The notes: generated from the sequence alone by a model not told the origin. DNA of 64,000 nucleotides from Nymphaea colorata (GCF_008831285.2 NC_045138.2:42594001-42658000), one strand, 5' to 3'. Shown: positions 22,528-36,095, counted from the stretch's first letter. Numbers and translations are program-made.

Positions 22528-25500
22528 TGTAGAAAGAAGAGAAGAAGAAAGAAGACAATCTTAACGTGGAAAACCCTCAACACGAGGAAAAAACCACGAT
22601 TGAGAGGTCTGACGCCCAATAGCAGACAGACACTCTCTCACTACTAATTTCATTCACTTACAAAAAATTAGGGTTTCACGGGTTAAATATGATCATAACA
22701 GTAATACACTGGATTAGGTCCAGATCCAAGCCCAAATAGGTGACCCAAATACACTATATGTCAACACTCCCCCTCAAGTTGGGCATACATATCAAACATG
22801 CCCAACTTGGATACATTTCTCTCAAACTGAGTCAAAGGTAAGGCTTTCGTCAGAACATCAGCAGTTTGGTCTTCAGACTTCATATATGGTAGAATCAATT
22901 CTCTGGCATCAATCCTCTCCTGAATGAAGTGGCGGTCAATCTCGACACGTTTCGTTCGGTCATGTAACACATGGTTGATGGCCAGATTTATCGCGGACTT
23001 ATGGCTAGATTTATCGCGGACTTGTTACCACAGTACATCTTCATAGGTCCTTCAATCTTTATACCAATATCAGTCAACAACACCTTCAGCCATAGTAATT
23101 CTGGCACTCCCATAGCAACAACCCTATATTCAACCCCTGCACTTGAGCGAGAACAAACATCTTGTCTCTTGCTCCTCCAAACAACAAGATTTCCCCCCAA
23201 GTAGACGCAGTACCTTGAAGTAGATCTTCTAGTATCAACACAACCTGCTCAGTCAACATCAGAATACCGTTCAATCTCAATAAGCCCTTTTTTCACATAG
23301 AGGAGCCCATTGCCTGGATTCCCTTTCAAGTAACACAAAATTCTGTCAACCGCCTTCAGGTGAACATCAGTTGGAGCATGCATGAACTGACTCATCACAT
23401 TAACAGCAAAGGTAATATCTGGTCTAGTCAGAGTTAGATAGATCAATCTTCCAACCAGACGTTGATACCTCCCCTTAGCCTCTTTACACAGAGGTTCTCC
23501 ATCCCTAATACTGATTTTGTATCCAGCATCCAGAGGAGTAGAAGCTGGTCAACACCCTAGTTTTCCTGTCTCCATCAGTAAATCCAAGGTATACTTCATT
23601 TGATTTTAACACAAGGGTCGTACCAGATCTAGCAATTTCAATACCAAGAAAATATCTTAGTTTGCCAAGATCCTTGAAATCAAATTCAGCAGCCAGTAAA
23701 CCCTTTAATCTTGTTATCTCATCTTCATCATCACCTGTAACAATCATATCATCAACATAGACCAACAAAAGAGTAACTTTACCCTCCTTCCTCTTTAACA
23801 AACAGAGTATGATCTCCGTTTCCTTGATTGTAGCCATGTCGTCTCATTACAAGTCTAAGACTTTCCCAGTTTCTTATATCCTAGGAGCATACACATATAT
23901 ACTTCTTCTTCAAGATCTCCGTTGAGAAAAACATTCTTAACATCAAGTTGGTACATCTTCCACTCTTTCAACACTGCTAGAAAAATAAACTCTAACATTC
24001 TTCATCTTCGCAACAGAAGCAAACGTCTCCAAGTAGTCAATCCCATATTTCTGATTAAATCCTTTGACAACCAGGCGAGCTTTGTACCTCTCAACATTCC
24101 CATCTGGTTTCTACTTAATAGTGTAGACCCACTTGGATCCAACTAGATCAGCTGCTTCAGGGATCTCTACCACTTCCCATGTCTGATTTCTGCTCAAGGC
24201 TTACATCTCTTCTTGCATAGCATAAGTCCACTTGGGATGACTTTGAGCCTCTGTAACAGTCTTGGGAATCATAGACAAAAAAAGAGATGATACAAAACAT
24301 TTGTAATCCCTGTTCAGTCTAGAATATGACACAAAGTTACCAATAAGGTGTTGAGTACATGACCTAACACCCTTTCTCAAGGCAATGGGAAGCTCCTCAT
24401 TTTCAGTTTCTGTCTGAATGTCTGTTGTGTCTTCCTCAACAGGTTTATTTTGGGCATGACTTGGGTAATCCAGGGAAGAAGTAGGATTGAGATTAGGAGT
24501 AGAGTTCTCACCATCAGTCACCTTATCTGTACGAATTTTTCACCTCGAGTACACCTGCCCAAACAAGCGACTACATTCCTCTTCTGTCCTAGTGGAGCAC
24601 CCTTCATTCCTCTCATGTTCAAACACCTCAACGACCGGTGGACTCTCTTCTTGCTTGTACTCTAAGAAATCTGTAAATTGAATTTCCTGACTCGGAAAAT
24701 ACTCTTCCCTTGACATAGACTTCTCCCCTTGAAGAGGATTCTCACCAAAATAAGATGCATGTTTCAAGAATGTGACATCCTTGGTAATGTAAACACGACC
24801 AGTAGTAGGATCAAGACATTTATACCCCTTTTGAGTAGGAAGATACCCAACAAATATTCCCTTGATTGACCTTGGATCAAGTTTGTTAACATTAGGGCTG
24901 TGATCATGAATGAAGCAAACACACCCAAAGACATGAGGGGGAAGGTGAAAGGGTTGACGATTCCCTGGAAGCATAGAGTGGGGAGTCCACCCATTTAACA
25001 CACGACTAGGCATGCGGTTAATCAAGTATGCACTAGTAAGAACAACATCCCCCCAATAATGCTTGGGAAGATTCCTTTGAAACAAGAGGGCTCTGGTGAC
25101 ATTAAGCAACTGACGATTTTTCATCTCAGCGACCCCATTTTGAGGAGGGGTATAGCTACAAGAGGTCTCATGAACAATCCCCCTTTTTCGAAAGAAATCA
25201 TCAACAGCTTGACACACATACTCATGAGCATTATCAAACCAAAAGGTCTTAACAAAACCACCATATTGGTTCTCCACAAGAAGAATGAAGGTCTTTATGA
25301 CATGAGGCACTTCACTACGATCTTTCAACAGGTACACAAAAGTAATCCTTGAGTAATCATCTATAAATGTTATAAAATATTGAAAACCACAACGGGTATG
25401 AATTCTCGAAGGCCCCCACACATCGGAATGGATCAAGGAAAAAATTTCATTAGCACGACTGTTGGAAATAGGGTATGAAACCTTAACATGTTTAGCAAAC

Positions 25501-25745
25501 TGACAAACATCACAAGATATTATAGATATGTCCAAACTAGAACATAACTTAGGAAATAACTGTTTCAAAATTCCAAAAGGGAGATGTCCAAGGCGTTCAT
25601 GCCAATACAAAAATAACTGAAGACAATCTTCTCTCTTCTTCTCGGTCCCACTAACAGCTGTCATAAGAGCATTGGCCACCCAAATGGGAAGTCGATACAA
25701 GCCTTCAGACATCAAACCAATCTCAATCTTCTTCCCTATCACCAA
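22528..25745 (-). mobile_element. 5'-truncated Ty1/Copia element D (related to C), inverted
   Basis: 3' LTR 22528-22766 and PPT 22767-22776. Minus-strand RH, RT and IN fragments closely resemble C (MFDMYAQLEGEC; WHERLGHLPFG). Ends abruptly at about 25745. Confidence 0.92.
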
Positions 25746-28700
25746 CAAGTAAAAGCAGAGCATCAACGGCCCGGAGGCTTGTTGCAGAGAATCGATATCC
25801 CGGTGTGGAAATGGGAAGACATTACAATGGATTTTGTAGTTGGATTGCCTCACACCCGAAGACAGCATGATGCCATATGGGTGATTGTTGATCGACTGAC
25901 GAAGTCCGCTCATTTTCTGTCTATTAGAATTAATCAGTCTTTGGAAAGTCTCGCAGAGTTATATATTGGCGAGATAGTGAGATTGCATGGTGTGCCAAGG
26001 TCTATCATTTCGGATCGAGATCCACGTTTTACCTCTAGATTTTGAGAGCATTTGCAGAAGGCTTTGGGTACCAAGCTTAAGCTAAGCACAGCGTTCCACC
26101 CCCAAACTGATGGGCAATCGGAGAGGACCATTCAGACCTTAGAGGACATGTTGCGTGCTTGTGTCTTAGAGTGGAAAGGAGAATGGGACAAACATGTGAA
26201 ACTGGCAGAATTTGCATATAATAACAGTTACCACTCTAGTATTGGGATGGCACCTTTTGAGGCTTTGTATGGAAGGCCGTGCAGATCGCCAGCTTGTTGG
26301 ACCGAATTGGGTGATGGAAAAATCGAAAACCCTTTAGTTTTGCAACACTACACCGACCAAATGCAATTGATAAGGAAAAAGTTGTTGACTGCGCAGAGTA
26401 GACAGAAAAGCTATGCCGACATTCGTCGTAGAGAATTGACTTTTGAGGTTGGTGATCATGTGTTTTTGAAGATTTCCCCTACTAGAGGTGTCTTTCGTTT
26501 TGGGGTGAAGGGAAAGTTGAGCCCGAGGTTCGTAGGACCTTTTGAGATATTAGAGAAGATTGGCGAGGTGGCCTATAGATTGGCACTACCACCAGACTTG
26601 AGTCATGTTCATGACGTTTTTCATGTTTCCATGCTTCGAAAGTACGTACCAGATCCGACACATGTGATTGATTTTCAAGGTATTCAGGTGCAAGATGATC
26701 TGACGATGGAAGCAAAACCTATTAAAATTGTGGATCGAAGGGAGCAAGTGCTTCGCACGAAGAGAATTCCTTTAGTGAAGGTGGAAGGGCAGTACCATGG
26801 ATTGAAGGAGAGCACATGGGAACCTGAGGAGGACATGCAGAAGAGATATCGGCACTTGTTCTTGCATTGAGGTATGATCTAATTTCGAGGACGAAATTTT
26901 TTTGTTAGGAGGGTAGGATGTAACGCGCGGCGTTTGGGTGGAGCGGGTCGGGTCAGGGTCCAGACCCGGACCCTAGCCCCACGCGAGAGGAGCCCGACGC
27001 GAGGGCCCTTCTCCCTCGCGTCTCCCTTTTCTTCCTCGTCGCCTTCTTGCTTCCGTGTCGCCCGTGTGAGACCAGGAGGAGGATGAGGGAGCAGTGGCGA
27101 CGCTTGAGCCGGCGGAGGAAGGAACGGCAGCGGCGGCGGCGGCGTCGGTGTCGGCAGTTGGGTAAGCCCTCAACCTCTCCCTAACTCTTCCTTCTTCCTT
27201 CTTCTCCTCCTCCCTCTCCCACTGTCACTCGTCTCCCTCTCCCACTGTCTCTCGTCTCCCCTCTCCACCGAACGACTCCCCTCACTCTCCACCGTCTCTC
27301 TCTTCTCTCCCGTCCTCTCCCCTCACTGCCTTCTTTTCCCCTTTTGACCGAACCCTCTCCCCTATCAGTCCCCCTCCGTTTTTCCCTCTTTCTCCCTCTA
27401 TTCGACCTCCCTCTCTGTCCACGCTTCACGCTCTCTCCCCATTTTCTACTCGTTTTCTATTTTCTCCAATCAAGCACTTTCTCTCACTGATTTTTTCACT
27501 ATTCCATCACTGTTGGATCCGTTTTCAGCTTGGGGATTTGTCCTCCCCCTCGTAACAGCAGTTAGAGGAGGCCTTGGTAGTGGAGGCATTGGAGGATTTT
27601 AGCCGTTTGGGGACCACTTGGGCGCGTGAGGTGGCTGCCGGGAGGATTACAGCAGTTTAGACCTTCAATCGGGGTGAGCAAGGCGAAATTGAACATATTT
27701 TATGATATATTTTTCTTTGGAACGCGTATAATTATTGTTTGAGCATGCTAGAGCTTAGAATTGATTATTTGGAACACATGTTAGTGATTTCGTTTTTGGG
27801 GAAAAGCTTGCGATTATGTTGGGAAGCGAAGATTCATATATTGGATGATCATTTAAGCATGATAGATTAATTTTCGAAGCATTAGGGGAAACATGGTAGA
27901 GTTTGTGAGGTTGTGGAGAAGATTTAGGACCGTTTTAGTGAGCTTGTAGCACGCGTTTTTGTGAACGGGTGCATCTTGGAGTTAAATAGGGATAACGTAC
28001 ATAAGTTGGATGTATCTTTGGGGTAGACGCCTTGATTTAAGAAAAAGGGAGTTTTGAGAAAGGCGTTAGTGATAGACGAATTGATGGCTTTGAGTTTTGG
28101 CATCATTTGGCACGGCTAGCAGTGGGGAGTGACCCTTTTGGAGAACTTGTGGGTTGACACTACCCGTCGACACCCTCTCGAGGCGATGACACGTGTCTCA
28201 ATGATTTTGTTTTGTTTTTGTTTGAATTGTTGAGGTATGAAGTAGGAATCTTATCTTGTGTTTGTGTCTACAGGTACACCGGGTACATCCCGTCGACCTT
28301 GAGCTACCGGATTCGAAGCTCGAGGCATTTTGGAAGATTCTTGTGAACGCGCCACAGGTATAGCGACATTCCAGGCAAATCCCTGCCTGGGCAAGTGAAT
28401 GAATGTGTGTTCCTAGGATCATGGGATCCTAGGATTTGTGATATGAATTAATTGAGTGTTCCGTGAATGAATATGTGTATGTATGTACATAAATTGATAT
28501 ATGATATGAATCTTTTTGAAAGGCTTATAGTAATTGTTTTGATAATGTTACGCATTTTCATGTGCATGTTAGAATTGATAACTGTTTAAGACAGATGAGG
28601 CGGGGTATCGAGTCGAGTGTCTCCTCGACCCCAATTGTGCATTAGAAAGCATCCTAGAATGATAACTGCATAGGACAGCTACGAGCCCACCACAGATTGA

Positions 28701-29931
28701 GACTACTCTCTGTGGTTTGGCTAAGTTTTCAAAGATGTGATTGTATGATGATGAATGCGAATGTTATGTTTATTGAATACCCATTGCCGCGGGCAATGAT
28801 GCAAATGTTTGCACAGTGGGTAGTTGTACCCATATTGTTATGACGGCTAGCCAAAACTGTTGTGGTTATGTGTAACCCTCGTGTGGAGGCAATTGGAGGT
28901 GTGGGTTCACTCGTGAAGTGAACCAACCTCAGGAGCTAGCCAGTTAAATGTGTTTGTGCAAGTATAAGTATAAGAATGAAAGAATAAGAGATGAGAGGCC
29001 AGTGGGATGTGACTATGTATATGGGAGTTGTCCCGCTTTCGCCACTGGTCTCGCCTGTTCGGAGCGCAGGCGGTGCAAGGCCCCAGGGTACTGTTGTGTG
29101 ATGTGCTTGGAGCGTAGGCTCCCGCCTTCCCAACCTGGGTGTCCTAGGAAAGGCTGAGTATCTCTCCTTGGAATTCACACATCCATGGATGAGTGCTCTA
29201 CCGCTGCAGCGGATAGATGGATCCATACTGTTCTGGGCCACCACGGGGGTTGTCTCTCGGCTGTGGGCCGCCCGCGGTGTGCACGTGCCTGTGTTTGCAC
29301 CCACAGGAACTGTAAATTCACTGATAGTAATGAAACTGCAATGTATGTGATTGAAATGTATAGGATTGTTGTGCATGTGACTGTTGTGCCTATGAATGCA
29401 AGTGACATGTTGATGATGCCTTGCATGTGATTGAAATGATGTTATTGTAGCCATTGAGTGGTGTCTGCATGTCGTGTCTTGACACGACATAATGATAGAT
29501 TGTTCTGATGTTTGTGTACTGAGTCCGACCTTAGAGGGCTTGGACTTTTCCTGGCTTGTTGCCATACTGCGAAGGCTAAGCCTTCAGTTGTTTCTTTTTT
29601 CAGGTTTTGGTGTACCCGGGGCAGCAGGCTGAGCAGATGGCTACACTCACGTCCTACTGGGGAGGTTTTGGGTTTTGTTTTGTTCTTGTAGTGCCGGCGC
29701 GTCGGGTTTTTGGTTTTACTGATGCCTTGTTTTTTATTAGGCATCGACGTTGTGATTTTGGGGCATTTTTGTCAAATGTACAATTGAATTGAAATGTTAT
29801 ATAATGGAAAGCTTGCCCCATTGTTTTGAATTGCTTGGCTCATTCTTTTTTGAACTATTGTGTAGTCACACCTCGATGTTGGATGTTAGAAAAAAAAAAT
29901 GTTTGAGTGTCAAAAAGGTCGGGGTGTGACA
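25742..29931 (+). mobile_element. 5'-truncated Ty3/Gypsy chromovirus (Tekay/Del-like) element E
   Basis: Integrase [40 protein letters not shown] with a chromodomain-like tail to 26870. PPT AGGAGGGTAGGA and a 3' LTR at 26919-29931 (TGTAAC..GGGGTGTGACA), followed directly by Copia A RT sequence. Confidence 0.92.
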
Positions 29932-30771
29932 ATCGCAGCATTGTTGGTGCTTTGCAATATTTAACTTTTACCAGACCTGATATTACCTATGCGGTAAATC
30001 AAGTGTCTCAATTTATGCATACGCCAAGGGACGTACATATGAATGCAGTTAAAAGAATACTAAGGTATCTCAAGGGAACTGTTGGAGATGGATTAGTGTA
30101 TTGTAAAAGTGAAAATGAAGCTGCTGATCATGAATTAATCACATATACTGACGCTGATTGGGCTGGAAATCCAGACGAAAGAAGATCTATCTCTGGTTTT
30201 TGCACCTTTATAGGTAAAAATTTGGTATCTTGGAGTAGTAGAAAACAACGAGCAGTTGCAAGATCAAGTACAAAAGCTGAATACAGATGTATGGCTGCAG
30301 GGACGGCAGAAGTGACTTGGATTCGACACTTGCTAGAAGATATAGGAGAAAAAATAAAAGGCTCAATACTAATGTGTGACAACCAAAGCGCCATCAACAT
30401 TGCTTTCAATCCTATATAACATGGCCGAACAAAACACATTGAGATTGACCAGCATTTTATCAGGCAGAAGGTGGAGAATAAAGAGATAGAACCAGTCTTC
30501 GTTGGAACTAATGAACAAGCTGTTGACATATTTACTAAAGGATTGACAAAGTATCGTTTTTGGTTTCTGAAGAGCAAGCTGTTCATGGTTCAAAACCATG
30601 CACAGCTTGAGGGAGGGTGTTAAACAGTAAAGATCTGGATCCTTCTTCTGGATCTCAACACGTTGAAGAAAAGTCTCTTAGGATTCCTCTGTTCTTGTAA
30701 AGTGTGTTGAGGCATTTAATGTCCTTGGGTCTCTTAGGATTTTACGTTGTATTAAATGTCCTTGTAATATG

Positions 30772-32558
30772 CGATCCTCTCTTGATCATTCTCTGTTTAT
30801 CAAGAGAATTTCAGGGGTTTGACCATTCTAGCAGTTTATGTTGATGATATTATCTGATAGATGACTCCACTCAAGAAATTTCTGATACAAAGTTGTTTCT
30901 TCAAAAACACTTTGTGACGAAAGATCTTGGTCAACTACAATATTTCTTGGGAATAGAAGTTGCTCGTAACAAGGAAGGTGTAGTTCTATCTCAACGGAAG
31001 TATACACAAGAGAGACCTAAAAGCCTTAACCACCTGCATGGGCTACCATGTAAATCAGGCCTGATCTTGAGAATACAAATGCTTCAAGAGATACACTCTT
31101 GAAGATCCCAACGACTTCAATAGGTAATACACAACCAAACCTCAAACTTGAGGAGAAGATACCAAATCTATTAATCTCAAGAGAAGAATACACAAGAGAG
31201 GCCTAAAAGCCTTAACCAAACAAGGGACAACAGTCCCATATATATAGTACAATGAAAGGGAGAGAAGAAGGAGGAGTTGGCTGTTGGGCCAGCTCCAACA
31301 GCTAGTTCCCTTTTACAAAAAGGAAAAGGTAAAAATAGAAAAAGAAAAGAAATAAAAAGTACATAAAAAAGAAAAGGAAGCAAATAAAATAAAATACATA
31401 ACACCTATGCATACATAGATATTCATATATACAAATCATATATGAAACATATGTATACTTACATAATGTCTAATTTTTAAATTCTAACAAGATCTTGGTC
31501 AACTACAATATTTCTTGGGAATAGAAGTTGCTCGTAACAAGGAAGGTGTAGTTCTATCTCAACGGAAGTATGTTCTTGATTTATTACAGGACACCGGAAT
31601 GCTAGGAGCTAAACCGACCAATCTATATATGAATCCACACATACATCTTCATGATGACCAATCAGAATTAGTGGATTCTCGATTACACAGATCTCTTATT
31701 GGAAAGATCCTTTATGTCACTTTGACCATACCAGACATTAGCTTTGCAGTGAGAAAGCTAAGTCAATTCATAGAAAGACTCAGGAAAGTTCATCGGGATG
31801 CAGCTTTAATGGTGGTCAAATATTTAAAATTGTCTCCAGGTAAAGGACTTTTGTTCACAAAAGGCAAGACCTTGGAAATGGAAGCCTATAGTGATGCTGA
31901 CTATGCTGGCTCAGTCGAAGACAGGAAGTCTACCACAGGATTCTGTGTATTTGTGGGAGACGACCTTATATCCTAGAGAAGCAAAAAGCAAGGTGTGGTG
32001 TCAAGATCTAGTGCAGAATCTGAATACAGAGCTATGGCTCAGACTGCTGCTGAAATGACTTGGCCTAAATCAATGCTATATAGCCTAAGTGTGTCGATGC
32101 ATCTTCCAATGAAGTTGTATTGTGACAATCGAGTAGCCACATACATTGCAAGCAATCCAGTTTTCAATAAGAGAACTAAACATATTGAAGTGGACTGCCA
32201 TTACATTCGGGATCTTGTTCAAGGAGGAACTGTAACCACTATTCATGTATCATCTGAAGATCAAACTGCAGATGTCTTCACCAAAGCTCTTCTTATTTGT
32301 GATTTCTCTAGATGTTGTGATAAACAAAGCATGATTAATATGTATGCTATAGCTTGAGGGGGATTGTTGAATTAGAAGACTTTTAAGTTTCTAAGTGGTT
32401 CTTTGCAATATTTAATAGTTAGGAGTTCTCTTTAAACATTCCTCTATTTTTGGTTGATGTTATATGTAAGTCTCTACTTCTGCCTTCATCTCTTTATTAT
32501 TGAGATTAGGGTTAGTAAATGAATAAGGATTCTCTCTATAAGACTGCCTGTTGTAACA
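30772..32558 (+). mobile_element. Copia remnant F (B-like RT/RNaseH plus 3' LTR)
   Basis: LDHSLFIKR, YVDD, KDLGQLQYFLGIEVAR, YSDADYAG..MINMYAIA*. PPT GAGGGGGA and LTR 32365-32558 (TGTTG..GTAACA). Confidence 0.85.
31004..31489 (-). mobile_element. Truncated LTR-like insert within F
   Basis: Starts TGTTAGAA on the minus strand at 31489, has an AT-rich U3-like stretch and a TATATA tract. Flanked by an 83-bp direct duplication of F RT sequence. Confidence 0.55.
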
Positions 32559-33912
32559 TATTCCAAAGGATACAGCCAAAGAAACCTACCCAGTTGGTCT
32601 CGAGTCCGAGGGTTCACCACGTTAAACATCATTGGTGCTTTGTTGAGCTTGTTTAAATGAGCTTCAAACAAGCTCGATGAAACATTGTATCGCCGAGTCA
32701 ACCTCAAGCCAGTTCCCTAGAGCTTGACTCAAGTTCAAGAAGAGCTTGAGGTTTTATGGGCATGACTAGCCTCGTGTTCAGGCTTAACCGCATCCTCACC
32801 TATTTGCTTTCAAAATTTTCACTCTTTCTTTCTTTCTTTCTCTCTCCCTCTCTCTTTCTTCCCTCTTTTGTTTTCTTTTTCTTTTTTTTTTAATCTCTCT
32901 CTAGTTTTTCCCTCCATTCTCTCTCCCTTTTTCAGTTATCTAAACTCTAAATCATGTTCTCTCTCTCCTCTCCCCCCCCCCCACACACCATGTCCTTTGG
33001 AAAGGACTACACCCAACTAGCCTATCATCCTATGTTACATGGTTTCTTCTAAATGGTTGCTGCACCTGTGTCGACATTGGTGCTGGTGCTTCTCCGACTA
33101 AAGCGGATCTAGAAATTGCACCTGACTAAAGCAGATACCGAGTTATATGTAAATCTTAAATATTATGTTTGTTTTAGCCTTTGAGGCATATATTGTTTCT
33201 TCTAAATTGTTATTGTCACAAGTCTAAATTTCTAATTGAATGATTTATTTATAATGTTATTAAATTTGAAATTTTGAAGATAGAAATTTTAACATCCGGT
33301 GATTTACGGAATAAAAATTTGATTTTTTTAGTTTGTCCAGATAAAACTGGAACTTAATTTAGCTGTAGCTGTAATTTAGAATAAAATTAAACGTATCTCC
33401 AATGAGCCCTAGAATAAGTATTTATGCATATAAAATGCATATAAACACATAATAGTAAATATTAGAACATAGGGCAAAACAGAAGTTTCGCATCACAAAG
33501 AGGTAAATCTGGTAACGAAGGGTTTGAAAGTAACAACCTTAGTTCGTTAGGTCATTAAATCTGCTTCATATATCAGAAGATCTTGATTTTTCTATTCTCA
33601 CTCTAAGATCATGCACTTAACTGGAACTACATGCTTCACAATCAGGCACAGACAGCTTTAGAAGGTTCAAGAATGAAGGAATGCTGTTCTACTCATTAAA
33701 TACATCACTAAGATGTCACTATGGTAAGCAGATATGGCTGCTATGCGAGACTTGCCTACACCATAAGGGGACAAAGGACACAAGTAAAAAACAAGAAACA
33801 AGCTGACAACAATACCATAGACAACTCCATTCAAGCATCCTTTTGTAATGGAACACATCCATTTATAAATCAAAATCCATAAGAAATTCATAAATTCAAG
33901 AATATTATCTAC

Positions 33913-35175
33913 TGGAGGCGTACCCTACCGGTACCGGTACGACACCGGTACGGGGCTGGGTACGGCTCCGGTACCGGTACGGGGCTGGGTACGGCTCCGG
34001 TACGCGTTGACCGTACCGAATACGATCAACGTACCGGAGGCCGTATCCGTCCAAAATTGGACACGGTCAACATTGACCGAATCCAATTTTGTCCATTTTT
34101 TTAAACGTTTATTTCATTTTAACGTTAAAAATTATTTTGACGTTAAAAAAAAAAGTAAAACGAAACTCTTTCGTTTCTGTCTTACGAGTTATGACTCTTT
34201 ACCTCTCGTCTCTCTCCGGCAACGAAGCAACGGCGACGGCAGGGGCGGCGAACGCAGGGCGGAACGGCGACGACAGCAGCAACGGCAGGAGGTGACTGTG
34301 ACGTTTTTTTCATTTTTTGTTTTCATTTTCATCGGCTCCACCCCTGCCTTCGCCGCCGGCGACGACCAGCGACGGGTTGTGTGTGCAGAAAACTCATCGC
34401 CTGAAAGTGAAAACCCAACACCCCTCCCTCTGGCTCGCCCTTTCTCTACCCGAGAGGGTTTCAAATCTCTCTCCCTCTCTACCCGAGAGGCTAGCCGACG
34501 ATTTATAGCCCAGCTGCTTCCTCATGTGTTTTGTGTGTTTATTTGTGTGTGTCAATGTGATTTGCAGCTTTTTTGTGTGTTTTCATAATAAACTTGATCT
34601 TCTTCCTGGTAAGCCAGAGATTCAGAGAATATAATAGAGGCCTCCTTTTCATTCTTCACTGTCTTAGAATATGAGGCCTTTTCATTCTTCACTGTCTTAG
34701 AATATTGTTGAATGTGGATTGCATTTGCCGGCAGGGCATGTGAATGAGTGTTGCACTCATGCCGTTGTACTGAATGAGTGTTGCATGTAGAGCCGTTGTA
34801 CTGTGATATATCGTTTCATGAGAGGATTCATTTATTTCGAATGATCCCTGTTTTTATTGGTTATGTGTTGCAGTTGCAGCTCATTTGCTAGGTTCTGTTC
34901 AGACATAAGTTGTAATGGCTGATAAAGGAAAAGAAATACCCTACAGGAAGTGGGAATGGAGAAAGCAACAGTAGTAGTGTTAATACCACTGCATTAGAGA
35001 AGGATAATCCACAACAGCCTCTTTGGCGCTATGTGAAAAAAATAGGAAAAGGACCAGGTGGTGGTGGGAATGTAATTACTTCCATAGTTCCATACTGTGT
35101 TTTGGACCATGATTTTATTCTGTTTGCAATTTTTTGATATATATGTGTGAATATGTTATTTTGTTTGAAATTTTT

Positions 35176-35224
<49 letters not shown>

Positions 35225-35296
35225 CGTGTGTGTACGGCCGTACGCCCGTACCCAAATTTTTTGAAAATGGTCCGTACCCGTACCTATGTGACATAG
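33913..35296 (+). mobile_element. Internally deleted hAT-type DNA transposon
   Basis: Dense GTACCG/CGGTAC subterminal repeats at both ends and a 3' end ..CCTATGTGACATAG. N-terminal transposase-like remnant DNPQQPLWRYVKKIGKGPGGGGNV at about 35004-35075. The 5' terminus appears clipped relative to the relative at 41510-41891. Confidence 0.65.
35179..35221. repeat. (TA)n microsatellite
   Basis: Read directly. Confidence 0.95.
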
Positions 35297-36095
35297 TCTA
35301 CATTAAACAAAGGAACAAACAGCAAAGACAAATGGCATGGGAACTGATGATAACCATATCAAAAGATGTTATTTCTTCCAAGGCTACAAGATCCAACACG
35401 GCAGTAGGCAACCAAACCCAGACTGACCATAAGTATCGTGATTAGTTCCCCCAGGCCCCAGCCCCAGGATGATGAGAATGAATAGCATTCAAAGAAACAA
35501 GCAAACTACATAGCAAGCATAAGATTTGAAGATAACTTGCACCTTAAATTTTTTTCATAATTTTGCATTTGTTATTTTTGAAACAACCTTAAGAACTTAA
35601 GCAGCTAATGATGACTTTTTGCTGCAAAAGGATATATAAGTGCTAAAATATCATCCAACCCTAACTATACAAAATGTTCTATTTAAGTGCTCAAGCAAGT
35701 ATGGTCGGAACATATTAAATAATGGTGCATCATTTACCTTAGGCATCTTGCACACAAAATATGATGATTCTTTCACTGAAACTGCATCCTATCCCCGAAC
35801 ACCATAATTATTTCTAGTGGGATAAGGTTTGATCTAAAGAGAGAACTAGTAAAATTGTGCAGACTAGTGGACAGTGAGGGAATTCGTTAAACAACAGGAG
35901 GAAGAAATCATAATTCTTTGGCATCATGATTCCTAATATGCAATTGCATGGACATGGATGTCTGGATGTGATTTATTGATAGAGGACTTAATAAAAAAGG
36001 GGCGTCAAGGGCTTAACAGAGAAAAAAACAGGAAAAATATTCATTGTTATCAGGATCTGAAAAACAGAAAACTACTTTTGCATTTCCAAACAGAC

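Larger units (their letters stand above)
9764..30771 (+). mobile_element. Ty1/Copia element A, outer host of the nest (disrupted)
   Basis: 5' LTR 9764-10267 (TG..CA) and PBS TGGTATCAGAGC at 10268. Gag/PR ORF runs to 11470 (CFQCNKKGHMKTQC; WCLDSGAATHVTG). PR resumes in frame at 16799-16985 and 22514-22527. RT/RNaseH tail at 29932-30610 ([25 protein letters not shown]), PPT GAGGGAGGG, and a truncated 3' LTR at 30618-~30771 matching the 5' LTR start. Confidence 0.9.
6784..36095 (-). other. Intron 4 of the SWIB gene (29,312 bp), filled with transposable elements
   Basis: GT at 36095-36094 and AG at 6785-6784. The flanking exons join in frame within one SWIB domain. Confidence 0.82.

Noticed and set aside
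24540..25913. 457-aa ORF with a novel N-terminus
   Set aside because: The N-terminus is the antisense of Gypsy integrase fused by deletion to Copia D integrase.
26973..29792. Short R/G/E-rich and other ORFs (also 48219-48653 and 50814-51705)
   Set aside because: They lie inside Gypsy LTRs in CT/GA low-complexity tracts.
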